This document shows, piece by piece, positions 1 to 11,814 of a DNA stretch of 64,000 nucleotides (position 1 is its first letter; every line of letters starts with the position of its first letter). This DNA is from Octopus vulgaris (taxonomy: Eukaryota), in NCBI GenBank assembly GCA_951406725.2, contig OX597826.1, positions 71,486,001 to 71,550,000 of the forward strand, in the 5' to 3' direction. The position numbers were made by a program, and so were the translations under genes. The notes under the pieces were generated by a model. That model had not been told where the DNA came from, did not search any database, and saw only the letters and a program-made list of their open reading frames with translations.

Positions 1-1095
1 AATCGAAGATACTGTACTCGATATGGGCGGTAGTGCCTTGTCGGTCTATGGCCTACCTTCAACAAACCGGGAAGGCACAAACACTCTATCTTCACATTTG
101 CTGCGTGAGACATGTTTTAATGTTGACGAGCTTGCCGAGTACATAGCCGACAATGAGCCAAAGCTCCTTCCAGAACAGAAGTTCGCTTACAACTCCGTTG
201 TTAATTCAGTCCAGGCCAAAGCTGGGGGGATTTTTTTCCTGGACGCTCCTGGGGTCACTGGGAAAACTTTTGTCAACAAATTAATATTGGCTGAGATTAG
301 GTGAACACAAGGCATTGCCCTAGCTGTGGCATCATCTGGAATTGCGGCTACTTTGTTGCCAGGCGGCAGGACAGCTCACTCTACTTTCAAGCTCCCACTC
401 GACTTAGCGAAGACTGAGACACCAACTTGCAACATCAGTAACAGCTCCGATCAGGCAGAAGTCTTCAGACGATGCAAGCTTATCGTTTGGGATGAATGCA
501 CGATGGCCCACAGAGGTGCTCTTGAGGCACTAGATAGATCTCTCAGAGACATCAAACACTCTTCAGCTCCCATGGGAGGCATAACACTTCTTCTTTCAGG
601 GGACTTCCGACAAACACTTCCCGTTATTCCCAAAGGGACTAGAGCTGATGCAGTAAGTGCGTGTCTTAAGTCATCCACATTGTGGCCACTGGTGAAGACT
701 CTCAAACTTCACACCAATATGCGTGCTCATATGCGACGTGATATCACATCAGCAGCATTTTCTCACACCCTCCTTGCACTTGGCGAAAGCAAAATACCAG
801 GGGATGAAAATGGTAATATTGCCATCAATTCCATTTGTACCATTGTTAACACGCCTTCTGATCTCAGAGATGCAGTGTTCCCAGATCTACAAGCTAATTA
901 TCAGAATATGGATTGGATTGGCCAAAGGGCTATTCTGGCCCCGAGGAATAAAACTGTTCACCATATTAATGATGAAATGCTAAAACTCATTCCTGGGGAT
1001 GTCTATGTATATAAGTCTATCGATACAACTCCTGACCCAGAGGACGTCATCAATTATCCAATAGAGGTACTCAATTCCTTTGAGCCCCCCGGACT
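1..1095 (+). pseudogene. Helitron Rep/Hel Pif1-family helicase fragment with in-frame stop, truncated by microsatellite
   Basis: ORFs 23-304 and 326-1213 are in one frame, split by TGA at 302-304. Motifs: FLDAPGVTGKT (Walker A-like), ASSGIAATLLPGGRTAHSTFK, IVWDECTM, GDFRQTLPV, AILAPRN. Reading degenerates into (TATG)n at about 1095. Confidence 0.9.
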
Positions 1096-1126
1096 ACGTA
1101 CGTACGTATGTATGTATGTATGTATG

Positions 1127-1151
<25 letters not shown>

Positions 1152-1158
<7 letters not shown>

Positions 1159-1859
1159 GTATAGAAGCCATCTTATCATGGCTAACCACATAGGGGAGGG
1201 TATGTTACTGTAGCTTTAAAGCCCCAAGAGATCGTCGTCTCTAGCTGGCTTTAGACACCATATCAGTGCCCTTGAAGTATTTGCAAAGGGAGGCCATCCC
1301 TTCCTCGCAAGCCTGAATGATACACTCGGACTAGTTTCGGGATTTTTGTCCCTTGTCAACGGGCGGTAACCACCAGGTTGCGATGAAAGTGAAGGCCTCC
1401 TTCACTTTCATCCAAAATATATAAGAGTTTTTCTAGTGGCGTCTGCCACTGATTTCGAAAAACTAACAGTAAGCATAATTAAATCTCAGAATGAGATTGA
1501 AACAGTAATCGTTCGATAATGTAAAGTATAGAAGCCATCTTATTATGGCTAACCACATTGGGGAGGGGGTGTTACTGTAACTTTATAGCCCCAAGAGATC
1601 GTCGTCTCTAGCTGGCTTTAGACACCATATCAGTGCCCTTGAAGTATTTGCAAAGGGAGGCCATCCCACCATGTGGTTAGCCATGATAAGAAGGCCTCTA
1701 TACTTTACATTATCGAGCGATTACTGTTTCAATCTCATTCTGAGATTTAATTATGCTTACTAAAGCCAGCTAGAGACGACGATCTCTTGGGGCTATAAAG
1801 CTACAGTAACACCCCCTCCCCAGTGTGGTTAGCCATGATAAGATGGCTTCTATACTTTA

Positions 1860-1860
<1 letters not shown>
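1152..1860 (-). mobile_element. Non-autonomous PLE-like pLTR remnant: 367-bp-period partial tandem plus inverted segments
   Basis: 1152-1300 is repeated at 1519-1667, and inverted copies of the same sequence occupy 1670-1860. Flanked by (TATG)n and (TA)n. Contains a hammerhead motif and a 14-bp perfect hairpin (1382-1412). Confidence 0.65.
1323..1365 (-). ncRNA. Minimal type I hammerhead ribozyme motif (U3-A8 variant)
   Basis: Minus strand: CGCCCG-TTGACAA-GGGA caaaaa TCCC-GAA-ACTAGT-C-CGAGTG. Palindromic stem III, GUC cleavage triplet. Confidence 0.7.
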
Positions 1861-2132
<272 letters not shown>

Positions 2133-2133
2133 A

Positions 2134-2330
2134 GTTAATCCAAACAAGAAAACACAAAAAAACACAACAATGCGAGGACGTGGAACAAATATAGTATTAT
2201 TGAACGCTCAGGGAAGAAGGAAAGAAGGAGGGCTTAACGTTTCGAGCGGAGCTCTTCGTCGGAAACATCAGAGAAGGGAAGACAGAGGGAAAAAATCGCC
2301 AACGGTACACACGAGGTCACATTTTGAAAG
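2134..2330 (-). mobile_element. PLE pLTR-like remnant with hammerhead-like motif at 2232-2266
   Basis: Homologous to 13356-13570. Minus strand: GTTT-CCGACGA-A-GAGC tcc GCTC-GAA-ACGT-T-AAGC. Confidence 0.6.
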
Positions 2331-2764
2331 ACACGCATAGTTATGTATATATACATACATATATTTACTCTGTGCGGTACTTTCTGTAACTCAATAAAAG
2401 TACATTGACTCACGCATCAGTGATTTATCGACCCTTGCATTTTTTTTACCTCTTTCTATTTTAAGGTTGATTCGAATAAGTTGCTCATATTACCTGGCAT
2501 AACTTCTCCATATAACTTGTTATATATGCGAGCAATGTAGGTCACACTTGACAATTAGACATAGAGCTCAGGCATTATCTGTAAGAGTGACAACTTCCCT
2601 TTCAATAATTTAAGCTGGAAAGACGGGATGTAACGGTAACAGTAGCAGCCTGAAAGTTAGGATAGCCAGTATTTTGTTTTGACTACAGTTTCTGGGCACT
2701 GTTGTACTGTTTGTTTTGAAAGTCAAGGTGCGCGAACATGAGAAAATGTAGATAAGATACGAAC

Positions 2765-2808
<44 letters not shown>

Positions 2809-2914
2809 ACGTAGTACATACGTAACTACATATTCATTTATGGATACACACACATATCCACAGACACACATCGCAGCAAAAGAACAAAAAGAAGCAGGTT
2901 AAGTCCACAATCAA

Positions 2915-2920
2915 AATAAC

Positions 2921-2982
<62 letters not shown>

Positions 2983-3110
2983 CAACAACAATAATAATAA
3001 ATAATAATAATAATAATAATAATAACAACAACAACAATAATAAATAATAATAATAATAAAAACAACAATAATAATAAATAACAATAATAATAATAACAAC
3101 AACAATAATA

Positions 3111-3181
<71 letters not shown>

Positions 3182-3195
3182 TAATAATAATAATA
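2915..3195. repeat. (TAA)n/(CAA)n microsatellite
   Basis: Directly visible. Confidence 0.95.
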
Positions 3196-3199
3196 TTAA

Positions 3200-3392
3200 T
3201 ATTTTTCAGTTCTATATTTAAGAGATGAGGAATTGTGTACATTATTTATGTTATTTACATTCGACGGATTTTTGTCCTCATCTTGTTTGTTGTTAACACA
3301 ACCTTTCGGCTGATATACCCTCCAGCCTTCATCAGGTGTCTTGGGGAAATTTCGAACCTGGGTTCTCAATCCTAAGGTATTCTGCGATGCTA

Positions 3393-3453
<61 letters not shown>

Positions 3454-3535
3454 TCACATATTATTATTCAGGTTAACAACAAACAAGATGAGGTCAAATA
3501 TCCGTCGAATGTAAATATTGTAAATAATGTAAATA
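3200..3535 (-). mobile_element. Hammerhead-bearing, (TAA)n-associated non-autonomous element with short inverted segment
   Basis: Reverse-complement homolog of 35045-35320. Segment 3473-3535 is an inverted copy of about 3240-3297. Confidence 0.7.
3295..3340 (-). ncRNA. Minimal type I hammerhead ribozyme motif
   Basis: Minus strand: GACAC-CTGATGA-A-GGCTG gagggtatat CAGCC-GAA-AGGT-T-GTGTT. Canonical CUGAUGA/GAAA core. Confidence 0.75.
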
Positions 3536-3540
3536 ATATT

Positions 3541-3658
3541 TTTCTCTGGGACTTCGCGTGTACATACCGACAAAACTATAAAAGCTCATAAACCGGATAT
3601 TATTATAAAAGGTCAGACAGAAAAGGTGTGTTTATTAATTGACATGAGTATTCCTTGC
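3541..3658 (+). pseudogene. Restriction-like endonuclease (RLE) fragment of an R4/Dong/NeSL-type non-LTR retrotransposon
   Basis: Translates as FLWDF, then a frameshift, then VHTDKTIKAHKPDIIIKGQTEKVCLLIDMSIP, matching the WDF..TD.....RPD....IDV..P RLE pattern. Confidence 0.65.
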
Positions 3659-3677
3659 GTTCATAAGTATTCCTTGC

Positions 3678-3950
3678 GATTAAATAAGTACCAGTTACGC
3701 ACTGGGGTCGATATAATCGACTTAATCCGTTCGTCTGCCCTTGTTTGTCCTCTCTGTGTTTAGCCCCTTGTGGGTAGTAAAGAAATAGGTATTTCGTCTG
3801 TCTTTATGTTATGAGTTCAAATCCCGCCTAGGTCGACTTTGCCTTTCATCATTTCGGTGTCGATAAATTAAGTACCAGTTGTGTACTGGGGTCGATCTAA
3901 TCGACTGGCTCCTTCCCCCAAAATATCGGGCCTTGTGTCTAGAGTAGAAA
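3678..3950 (+). mobile_element. SINE family A fragments
   Basis: Contains the recurrent core gtcgactttgcctttcatc..gtcgataaattaagtaccagtt. Confidence 0.8.
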
Positions 3951-4037
3951 AGAATATTTATACGTGCAATAACTGCAAAATTCAACATTAGGGAGAAAAA
4001 AATTCTTGCCTTGAACGCATGGTATATATATATATAT

Positions 4038-4419
4038 AGGAGCACTCCGTCGGTTACGACGATGAGGGTCCCAGCTGATACGATCAACGGAACAGCCTTC
4101 TCGTGGAATTAACGTGTTAGTGGCTGAGCACTCCGCAGACACGTGTACCCTTAACGTAGTTCTCGGGGAGATTCAGCGTGACACAGAGTGTGACAAGGCT
4201 GGCCCTTTGAAATACAGGTACAACAGAAACAGGAAGAAAGAGTGAGAGAAAGTTGTGGTGAAAGAGTACAGCAGGGTTCACCATCACCCCCTGCAGGAAC
4301 CTCGTGAAGCTTTAGCTGTTTTCGCTCAATAAACACTGACAATGCCCGGTCTGGGAATCGAAACCGCAATCCTACGACCGCGAGTCCGCTGCCCTAACTA
4401 CTGGGCCATTGCGCCTCCA
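4038..4419 (-). mobile_element. tRNA-derived SINE (family C)
   Basis: Minus-strand head ggaggcgcaatggcccagtagttagggcagcggactcgcggtcg..ggtttcgattccc carries A/B boxes. Homologous to 33668-33970 and 32480-32825. Confidence 0.85.
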
Positions 4420-4424
4420 CGAAC

Positions 4425-4680
4425 GCATGGTAGTGCACGGAACAATTAGAGATGATGATTCATTTCAAATGGTTAACTCAGCTTTGAAAGATTTTGATTT
4501 ACCATATGAAGAAATTATTGGTTTTGCTATAGATGGCGCTCCATCTATGGTAGGTCGTGAAAAAGGGTTCGTATCTCTGATTAAGAATGAATTTAAGAAG
4601 CGTCTTTTTGGATCCAAAAACTTTGTGTGTTACTGCTTTATTCATATAGAAAGCTTATGCGCAAAATCTCTCAAGATTTT
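4425..4680 (+). pseudogene. hAT (SPIN/Buster, GTF2IRD2-like) transposase fragment
   Basis: IIGFAIDGAPSMVGREKGFVSLIK and CFIHIESLCAK match the hAT TDGAxxM and CxxH motifs. Confidence 0.8.
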
Positions 4681-4842
4681 TTTACCGATGACCAGAGTTC
4701 CTTCGAGAATGACGTCGCTCTTGCCCACCACTAATTCTCGTCTGAGCGACAAGGTGGATCGTTCACTGACCACGTTATCCAACTGTCTGGGATCTGTGAG
4801 CGGCCTAAAGGCATTCAATAATAATGAATTTTATTGTAGCTG

Positions 4843-4997
<155 letters not shown>

Positions 4998-5280
4998 ATC
5001 GAGACAAGCTACAAATAATGGTCTTTACATATTCTTTTATTGTTTCAAATTTGACTTACAACCTGTTTCCGATAATCATTATAAGTTCGTTCGTTCATTG
5101 ATCGGTTTAGTCAATGAACCACTTGACTGGTTGAGAAGAAGTGAACGACATTACAGAACTAATGCTATCTTTTCTTTAGAATGTCCTGACTCCGACGAAG
5201 ATAGCATTAGTTATTTAATGCCGTTCGCTTTTTCTCAACTTATCGATGACAATGATTATCAGAAAAAAAGCTGTAATAAA

Positions 5281-5516
5281 GGCGGCGAGCTGGCAGAAAC
5301 GTTAGCACACCGTGCAAAATGCTTAGCGGTAATTCGTCTGTCGTTACGTTCTGAGTTCAAATTCTGCCGAGGTCGACGTTGCCTTTCATCCTTTCGGGGT
5401 CGATAAATTAAGTACCAGTTATGCAAAGTCGACCACGGCGGAATTTGAACTCGGAACGTAACGGCAGACGAAATACGGCTACGCATTTCGCCCGGCGTGC
5501 TAACGTTTCTGCCAGT
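5281..5516 (+). mobile_element. SINE family A 5' part followed by an inverted copy of its own head
   Basis: ggcggcgagctggcagaaacgttagcac.. (5281-5424) is followed by its reverse complement (5425-5516). Confidence 0.8.
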
Positions 5517-6103
5517 GTGTGTGTGCGTGTGTGTGTGTGTGTTTGTGTGTGATAAGAAGTCTATAAAACTATTATATAATCACATGGCATACCTCCTGAC
5601 CTTAACGTTTTAGATACATACTGTAGATGTGTCGTTAGGTTTATTTTACTGGGATACTCATGAGAGATATAAACCTTTGTACTTTGATGTGTTAGCTTGT
5701 AGACAATGCAGCTTTAAGGCTTCACAAAAGAATGTAAATAAGTGATTAAGTTTTCGATGGTTTTCTTTGCTTCATGTTGGTGCTATTTTAGATATTTCAC
5801 CTGTTTGTATTCGGAAAATAGAGGTTATCAGTTGAGCATGTTATGATGTTGTTACTACGGAAAATTGTTTAACTATATAAGGGCTCTAGTCGAATGAATC
5901 AAATCCGTTACTTACTTTAATCATTTTTCTTAAAAGCTGGGCATATTCCATCGTTCTCTTTTGCTGAACTGCTAAGCTACGTGAACGTAAAAACAACAAT
6001 AACGGATGTCACGCAGGGGAGGGGTACAAATGCACACACACACACACATACATACATACATACATACATACATACATACATACATACATACATACACACA
6101 CGT

Positions 6104-6157
<54 letters not shown>

Positions 6158-6170
6158 GATACATAGATAC

Positions 6171-6244
<74 letters not shown>

Positions 6245-6406
6245 GTGTGTGTGATTGTGTATAGAAGAATATATTAATAAAAAGAATTCCAACCTTGTCT
6301 GATTTTCACGTTTTATTTACAATCTTATAATGATATATTATAAGATAATATATTATAATTGAATAAAATAAAATGAAATAGTAGAATGTTAAATATTCAT
6401 TCTGAT

Positions 6407-6451
6407 TGAACTAGTACTTTCATGCATTGAATTCTGCAATCTTCGGGTTCA
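6407..6451 (-). ncRNA. Hammerhead ribozyme motif in the inverted pLTR
   Basis: Reverse complement of 11995-12039. Confidence 0.8.
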
Positions 6452-6945
6452 TGTAGTAGTGTTGACAGTCATGCTTCACAATTTTTGACTGTAGCAAGAT
6501 GAGTGATTCTGTGCTATAAATACAGCTGGGTAGGCTCCAGAGTGCTAGGTTTTGCAAACTGTATTCTGACCAATCAGTGTGTAGTATCACTCAATTACTT
6601 AAGCTGATTGGTTGGTTGAGCTGATTGGTTTAGGCATCACGCTTTGTTGGACAGGTCAAGAGTCCTGTATCTTGACCCTGGCCGAAGCAGCAATTGTTGG
6701 GTTATTTTTAGAAATGTTGTAAATATCCTTTGTCAGAGATTTTTATATTTTTATATTTCAATTGTCATCATCATCATTGTCAGCACCTTAATTATTGTTG
6801 CTAGTGGTGATGGTGGTGGCAATAGAACTTTTAACCCTAAATAAGATAATTTTCCTGCTATCTTCGTCTTGATCACCTTTAGTATTGTTGTTGTTGTTAG
6901 TGGTCATGGTCGTAGCAGTGGAAGTAATACCTCTAAGTATTATTA

Positions 6946-7631
6946 TTATTGCTTATTTAGCTTGGGTTCGAATTTATCAATAAAATTCTTTTCTCTGATT
7001 TTCCTCTCGATTTCACTTGGGCTGTGTAATTTGTAGAATGGAAATATTATATATATTTTCCGACCACATGTTGCTAGGTGGTTACTCAAAGGTATCTGAC
7101 GGACCTCTGGGTCTCTAATCTGTTGCCGGTGTACACGTGAGCGTTCTAATAGTGCGTTTCCCGTCTGACCTACATATATTTCTTCACAATTTGGGCATTT
7201 GATGCAGTAAATTAAATTTCTGCTTTTGCAGTTCATATTCGCGTTTGTGAATATTTTCCCGGTTTTTGTGTTTATATATTGACCGGTATGTATGAATTGG
7301 CATGTGCCACATCGGCTATCATTGCATTTAGATACCGTGAATGTTTGGTCTTTGTTGCTGAGGTCAAATTTTGCCTTTGTTAGTAATGTTTTCAAGTTTT
7401 TAGGCTGTCTTTTACTAAGCACCATAGCTCGATCCTTGATTATGTCTTTTAATTCATTACTTTGGGCAATGATTGGAAGGTTTGCTTTGGCAATGTTGAA
7501 GATATTCTGGTGACATGGGTTGTGTGTCACTATGAATGGTATGACTTGTTCTTGTTTTCCTCTTCCTTGGGTCGTCCTAAGTTGTTGTATAGGTATTTTT
7601 ATAGCCCGCTGTATGCCATTTTCTATAAGTA
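6946..7631 (-). CDS. Inverted duplicate of the PLE C-terminus (end of RT region, Cys linker, GIY-YIG endonuclease)
   Basis: Translation is identical to the C-terminal part of ORF 9590-11500 (LIENGIQRA..PKLNKQ). In-frame ATG at 7425. Confidence 0.6.
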
Positions 7632-7722
7632 CTCTGGAACCTACCCAGCTGTATTTATAGCACAGAATCACTCATCTTGCTACAGTCAAAAATTGTGAAG
7701 CATGACTGTCAACACTACTACA

Positions 7723-7767
7723 TGAACCCGAAGATTGCAGAATTCAATGCATGAAAGTACTAGTTCA
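7723..7767 (+). ncRNA. Hammerhead ribozyme motif in the 5' pLTR
   Basis: TGAAC-CCGAAGA-T-TGCA gaattcaa TGCA-T-GAA-AGTACT-A-GTTCA. Confidence 0.8.
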
Positions 7768-7972
7768 ATCAGAATGAATATTTAACATTCTACTATTTCA
7801 TTTTATTTTATTCAATTATAATATATTATCTTATAATATATCATTATAAGATTGTAAATAAAACGTGAAAATCAGACAAGGTTGGAATTCTTTTTATTAA
7901 TATATTCTTCTATACACAATCACACACACCCATATATATATATATCTATATTCCTATTGTGTATATGCCAAC

Positions 7973-9266
7973 ATGTCTGGAAAGCAACAAACAAAATTAA
8001 CAGAATCCGAAAGAATTCTAATGGAAATTTCATCGAAATTATCAACACTCATCACGATGATTGACACACAATCCTCTATTTTAAAGGAAATAGAAAAACA
8101 GTCTACAGACGGAAAACTTGGAAATGAACACATAAACTCTGAAATTAAGAATTTAGCTGAAATGATACCAACAATTATAAAATCTACAAGAGAAAGCCTA
8201 CCACAACCTCCTTGGATGTCAGAAATAAACGAAAGAAATCTGGAAAAAGAGGCACACCGAAAAAGAGAAGAGATACAGAAGACATGGAAAAAACTCCTTA
8301 ACATAAGAAAACAAAACTTCTGGAAGGCATATAAATGCGAAAAATATGCTGAAATACATTCGAAATGGATATCTTTAGCGGCACCCATACTTCCTCGGAA
8401 GTACCTAATTAAAGAAATTGCAGGGAGAACCAGAGGAAGAAACTAAACTTCGATGGGACCTTAGTTTGATAAAATTCAGGACCGACATCTCCATTACCCT
8501 GTCTAAACAATCCCGCTACAAAGCCAAATACGAAGCTATCGATGATCAAATCAGAGATGAAATATCCAAACTAACGACCGGCAATATAGCAGAAAAAATG
8601 CAAGAACTATGGATCAGAGATATCTCAAAAGAAGAAAGCAGATCAAGAAAGTTTTGGCAGCGGAAACAATTATTTCTCGACAAATATGCTACAAATTACG
8701 GTAAAGACACCAGAACTCCGAGAAATAGCATTAAAAGTGGACAACCTCACCAACGCAACATACACCAGAACACGTGGCAACATGAACACCCGTTTCACCA
8801 CGAATCGAAGACGAACTACGGTAAGAACTCTTCCCATTTTGTATGCAAACACCCTAATGCACACAACATGAACAAAAAGCACAAACAAAATAGATATTGT
8901 TTTGAACAGACCATTAGCAGTAGAAATAACAGGAGATCATTTTCAAGACCTCAACAGAGATTACCCACAAGAAACTGGACAAAAAACCGATCTAGATCTA
9001 GAAGTAAACCCAGATCATTTCTCCAGGTGGTTAAAAACAATGCTAACAAGAAATTGAAAAGTAGCATACATAATACCAAAAACAAGACAGAAAACATAAC
9101 GAAACCAAGTAAAGTACCACAACCAAAACGCAAAATTCATCAAGCAAACATCAACAGGAATATAAATCATAACCAGAAAAAAATCCATTTTTTTACGTCA
9201 GGACAACAAACACCGGAGAAAGAAAAAATCCAAGAGGAAACATACCCCAAACAACTGAACGTATAG
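7973..9266 (+). CDS. PLE upstream ORF1 (helical/coiled-coil-like N-part, basic Arg/Ser/Lys/Asn-rich C-part), broken by a +1 shift near 8420
   Basis: ORFs 7973-8446 and 8418-9266 overlap and lie directly after the 5' pLTR. The ATG has good context (gccaacATG). RSRSRSKPRS basic tract. Confidence 0.65.
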
Positions 9267-11500
9267 ATCCTAAAATAATTAATTTATCAAAAAGAGATCT
9301 TGACAATGATGAAATCCAACTTCTGTCAAAAGGACTGAAATTCACACCTACACCAACAGCCAACCACCAAGAATTAAAGGAGGATATCCAAAAATTCTGT
9401 CGAAAATTACGACTTGTAGAATTCTTCGCTAACAAAAGTAATGAGATTGATGAATCCCTAGTAAGGAATAAATCAAATTTCACCCCACCAAAAGGAAGAA
9501 ATAACTACCTTGACCAATACATTGATATCCTGTCTAAATTTCCCCTTAGACGCAATACCAATGTTAGGCCAAACATTAGCAAATCAGAGATGTCTGCATG
9601 TAAACGTATACAAAACGATCAAACAATAATAATTAAACAAGCAGATAAAGGTGGTGCAATTGTTATTATGGATACCGAATACTATAAGGATTTGGTTGAA
9701 GACCAACTGAAGGATACAACCTTCTATTGTGAAATACCCGCAAATATAGACCACCACATCATGAAAAAGATCAACAACCTGATTTCAACACACCACAACT
9801 CACTTACGGATAATGAAAAAGACTACATCACCAATTTTGAACCAAAACCCAGCAACTTCTACGGCTTACCAAAAATACACAAATCAAAAAACATTCAACA
9901 GGCAGTAAAAGAACAAGAAAGTGAGTACATAAAATTATTACATCCAAAAGACCTAAAACTTAGACCTATTATAGCTGGTCCAGCATGCCCTACACACCGT
10001 CTAAGCAATTTTATTGACATTGTTTTGAAACCACTATGTACTTACATACCAAGTTTCATCAGGGATGACATCGACTTCCTGTCCCATCTTCCCAAAACAA
10101 CAGAAACAAATTCAGTTTTGCTAAGTTTTGATGTGGTAAGCCTCTACACCAATATTCCACACGATTTAGGAATAAAGGCGATTAAATACTGGTTAGAAAA
10201 ACATAGAGAAGTGATTCCCAGCAGATTCACAGTGCCATTTATATTAGACACAGTCAAACTTATTCTAGAAAATAACACATTCTTCTTCAATGGAAAGAAT
10301 TACATCCAAATTAGAGGCACGGCGATGGGAACGAGGTTTGCTCCCGTTTACGCCAACTCTGTAATGGGATACTTAGAAGAACAACTCTACCAAGAGGTGG
10401 AGGTAAACTATGGCACTGGATTTAGAAAGTATATTGAAAAGGCATGGAAGAGATACCTAGACGACTGTTTCATAATCTGGACAGAATCTCTAAATACTCT
10501 GGAAGAGTTCAATATCCTCCTGAACAACCTACACCCATCTCTCAAATTTACAAAGGAGATGAGTAGTACCAAATTACCATTCCTGGATATAATGGTAATT
10601 AAAAAAGACACCACCATCACCACAGATATATACTATAAACACACAGACACACATCAATACCTAAATTTTAAGTCGTGCCATCCACCACATACAAAACGTA
10701 ACATCCCATACTGCCTAGCCAGAAGAATTTGTACTATTGTAGAAGATGCAAATATCAGGAACAAACGCCTAATAGAACTAAGAGAATTTTTGCTCAAACA
10801 AAAATACCCATCTCTACTTATAGAAAATGGCATACAGCGGGCTATAAAAATACCTATACAACAACTTAGGACGACCCAAGGAAGAGGAAAACAAGAACAA
10901 GTCATACCATTCATAGTGACACACAACCCATGTCACCAGAATATCTTCAACATTGCCAAAGCAAACCTTCCAATCATTGCCCAAAGTAATGAATTAAAAG
11001 ACATAATCAAGGATCGAGCTATGGTGCTTAGTAAAAGACAGCCTAAAAACTTGAAAACATTACTAACAAAGGCAAAATTTGACCTCAGCAACAAAGACCA
11101 AACATTCACGGTATCTAAATGCAATGATAGCCGATGTGGCACATGCCAATTCATACATACCGGTCAATATATAAACACAAAAACCGGGAAAATATTCACA
11201 AACGCGAATATGAACTGCAAAAGCAGAAATTTAATTTACTGCATCAAATGCCCAAATTGTGAAGAAATATATGTAGGTCAGACGGGAAACGCACTATTAG
11301 AACGCTCACGTGTACACCGGCAACAGATTAGAGACCCAGAGGTCCGTCAGATACCTTTGAGTAACCACCTAGCAACATGTGGTCGGAAAATATATATAAT
11401 ATTTCCATTCTACAAATTACACAGCCCAAGTGAAATCGAGAGGAAAATCAGAGAAAAGAATTTTATTGATAAATTCGAACCCAAGCTAAATAAGCAATAA
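9173..11500 (+). CDS. PLE reverse transcriptase plus GIY-YIG endonuclease
   Basis: Frame open from 9173; first ATG at 9590. Motifs: IINLSKR..LLSKGLKFTPTP, KQADKGG, FYGLPKIHK, LRPIIA, SFDVVSLYT, GTAMGT, RYLDD, LPFLD, CNDSRCGTC linker, LIYCIKCPNC..YVGQT, PKLN. Confidence 0.95.
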   Translation, partial: PEKNPFFYVRTTNTGERKNPRGNIPQTTERIDPKIINLSKRDLDNDEIQLLSKGLKFTPTPTANHQELKEDIQKFCRKLRLVEFFANKSNEIDESLVRNKSNFTPPKGRNNYLDQYIDILSKFPLRRNTNVRPNISKSEMSACKRIQNDQTIIIKQADKGGAIVIMDTEYYKDLVEDQLKDTTFYCEIPANIDHHIMKKINNLISTHHNSLTDNEKDYITNFEPKPSNFYGLPKIHKSKNIQQAVKEQESEYIKLLHPKDLKLRPIIAGPACPTHRLSNFIDIVLKPLCTYIPSFIRDDIDFLSHLPKTTETNSVLLSFDVVSLYTNIPHDLGIKAIKYWLEKHREVIPSRFTVPFILDTVKLILENNTFFFNGKNYIQIRGTAMGTRFAPVYANSVMGYLEEQLYQEVEVNYGTGFRKYIEKAWKRYLDDCFIIWTESLNTLEEFNILLNNLHPSLKFTKEMSSTKLPFLDIMVIKKDTTITTDIYYKHTDTHQYLNFKSCHPPHTKRNIPYCLARRICTIVEDANIRNKRLIELREFLLKQKYPSLLIENGIQRAIKIPIQQLRTTQGRGKQEQVIPFIVTHNPCHQNIFNIAKANLPIIAQSNELKDIIKDRAMVLSKRQPKNLKTLLTKAKFDLSNKDQTFTVSKCNDSRCGTCQFIHTGQYINTKTGKIFTNANMNCKSRNLIYCIKCPNCEEIYVGQTGNALLERSRVHRQQIRDPEVRQIPLSNHLATCGRKIYIIFPFYKLHSPSEIERKIREKNFIDKFEPKLNKQ

Positions 11501-11814
11501 TAATAATACTTAGAGGTATTACTTCCACTGCTACGACCATGACCACTAACAACAACAACAATACTAAAGGTGATCAAGACGAAGATAGCAGGAAAATTAT
11601 CTTATTTAGGGTTAAAAGTTCTATTGCCACCACCATCACCACTAGCAACAATAATTAAGGTGCTGACAATGATGATGATGACAATTGAAATATAAAAATA
11701 TAAAAATCTCTGACAAAGGATATTTACAACATTTCTAAAAATAACCCAACAATTGCTGCTTCGGCCAGGGTCAAGATACAGGACTCTTGACCTGTCCAAC
11801 AAAGCGTGATGCCT

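Noticed and set aside
302-304. In-frame TGA in the Pif1 helicase as possible selenocysteine or readthrough
   Set aside because: Not at a Cys-like position, no SECIS recognised, and the element is truncated with an altered Walker A. A nonsense mutation is simpler.
6145-6185. tacatagatacatatata present on both flanks of the PLE (also about 12212-12232) as a possible TSD
   Set aside because: It lies inside degenerate (TA)n and cannot be distinguished from microsatellite variants without the empty allele.
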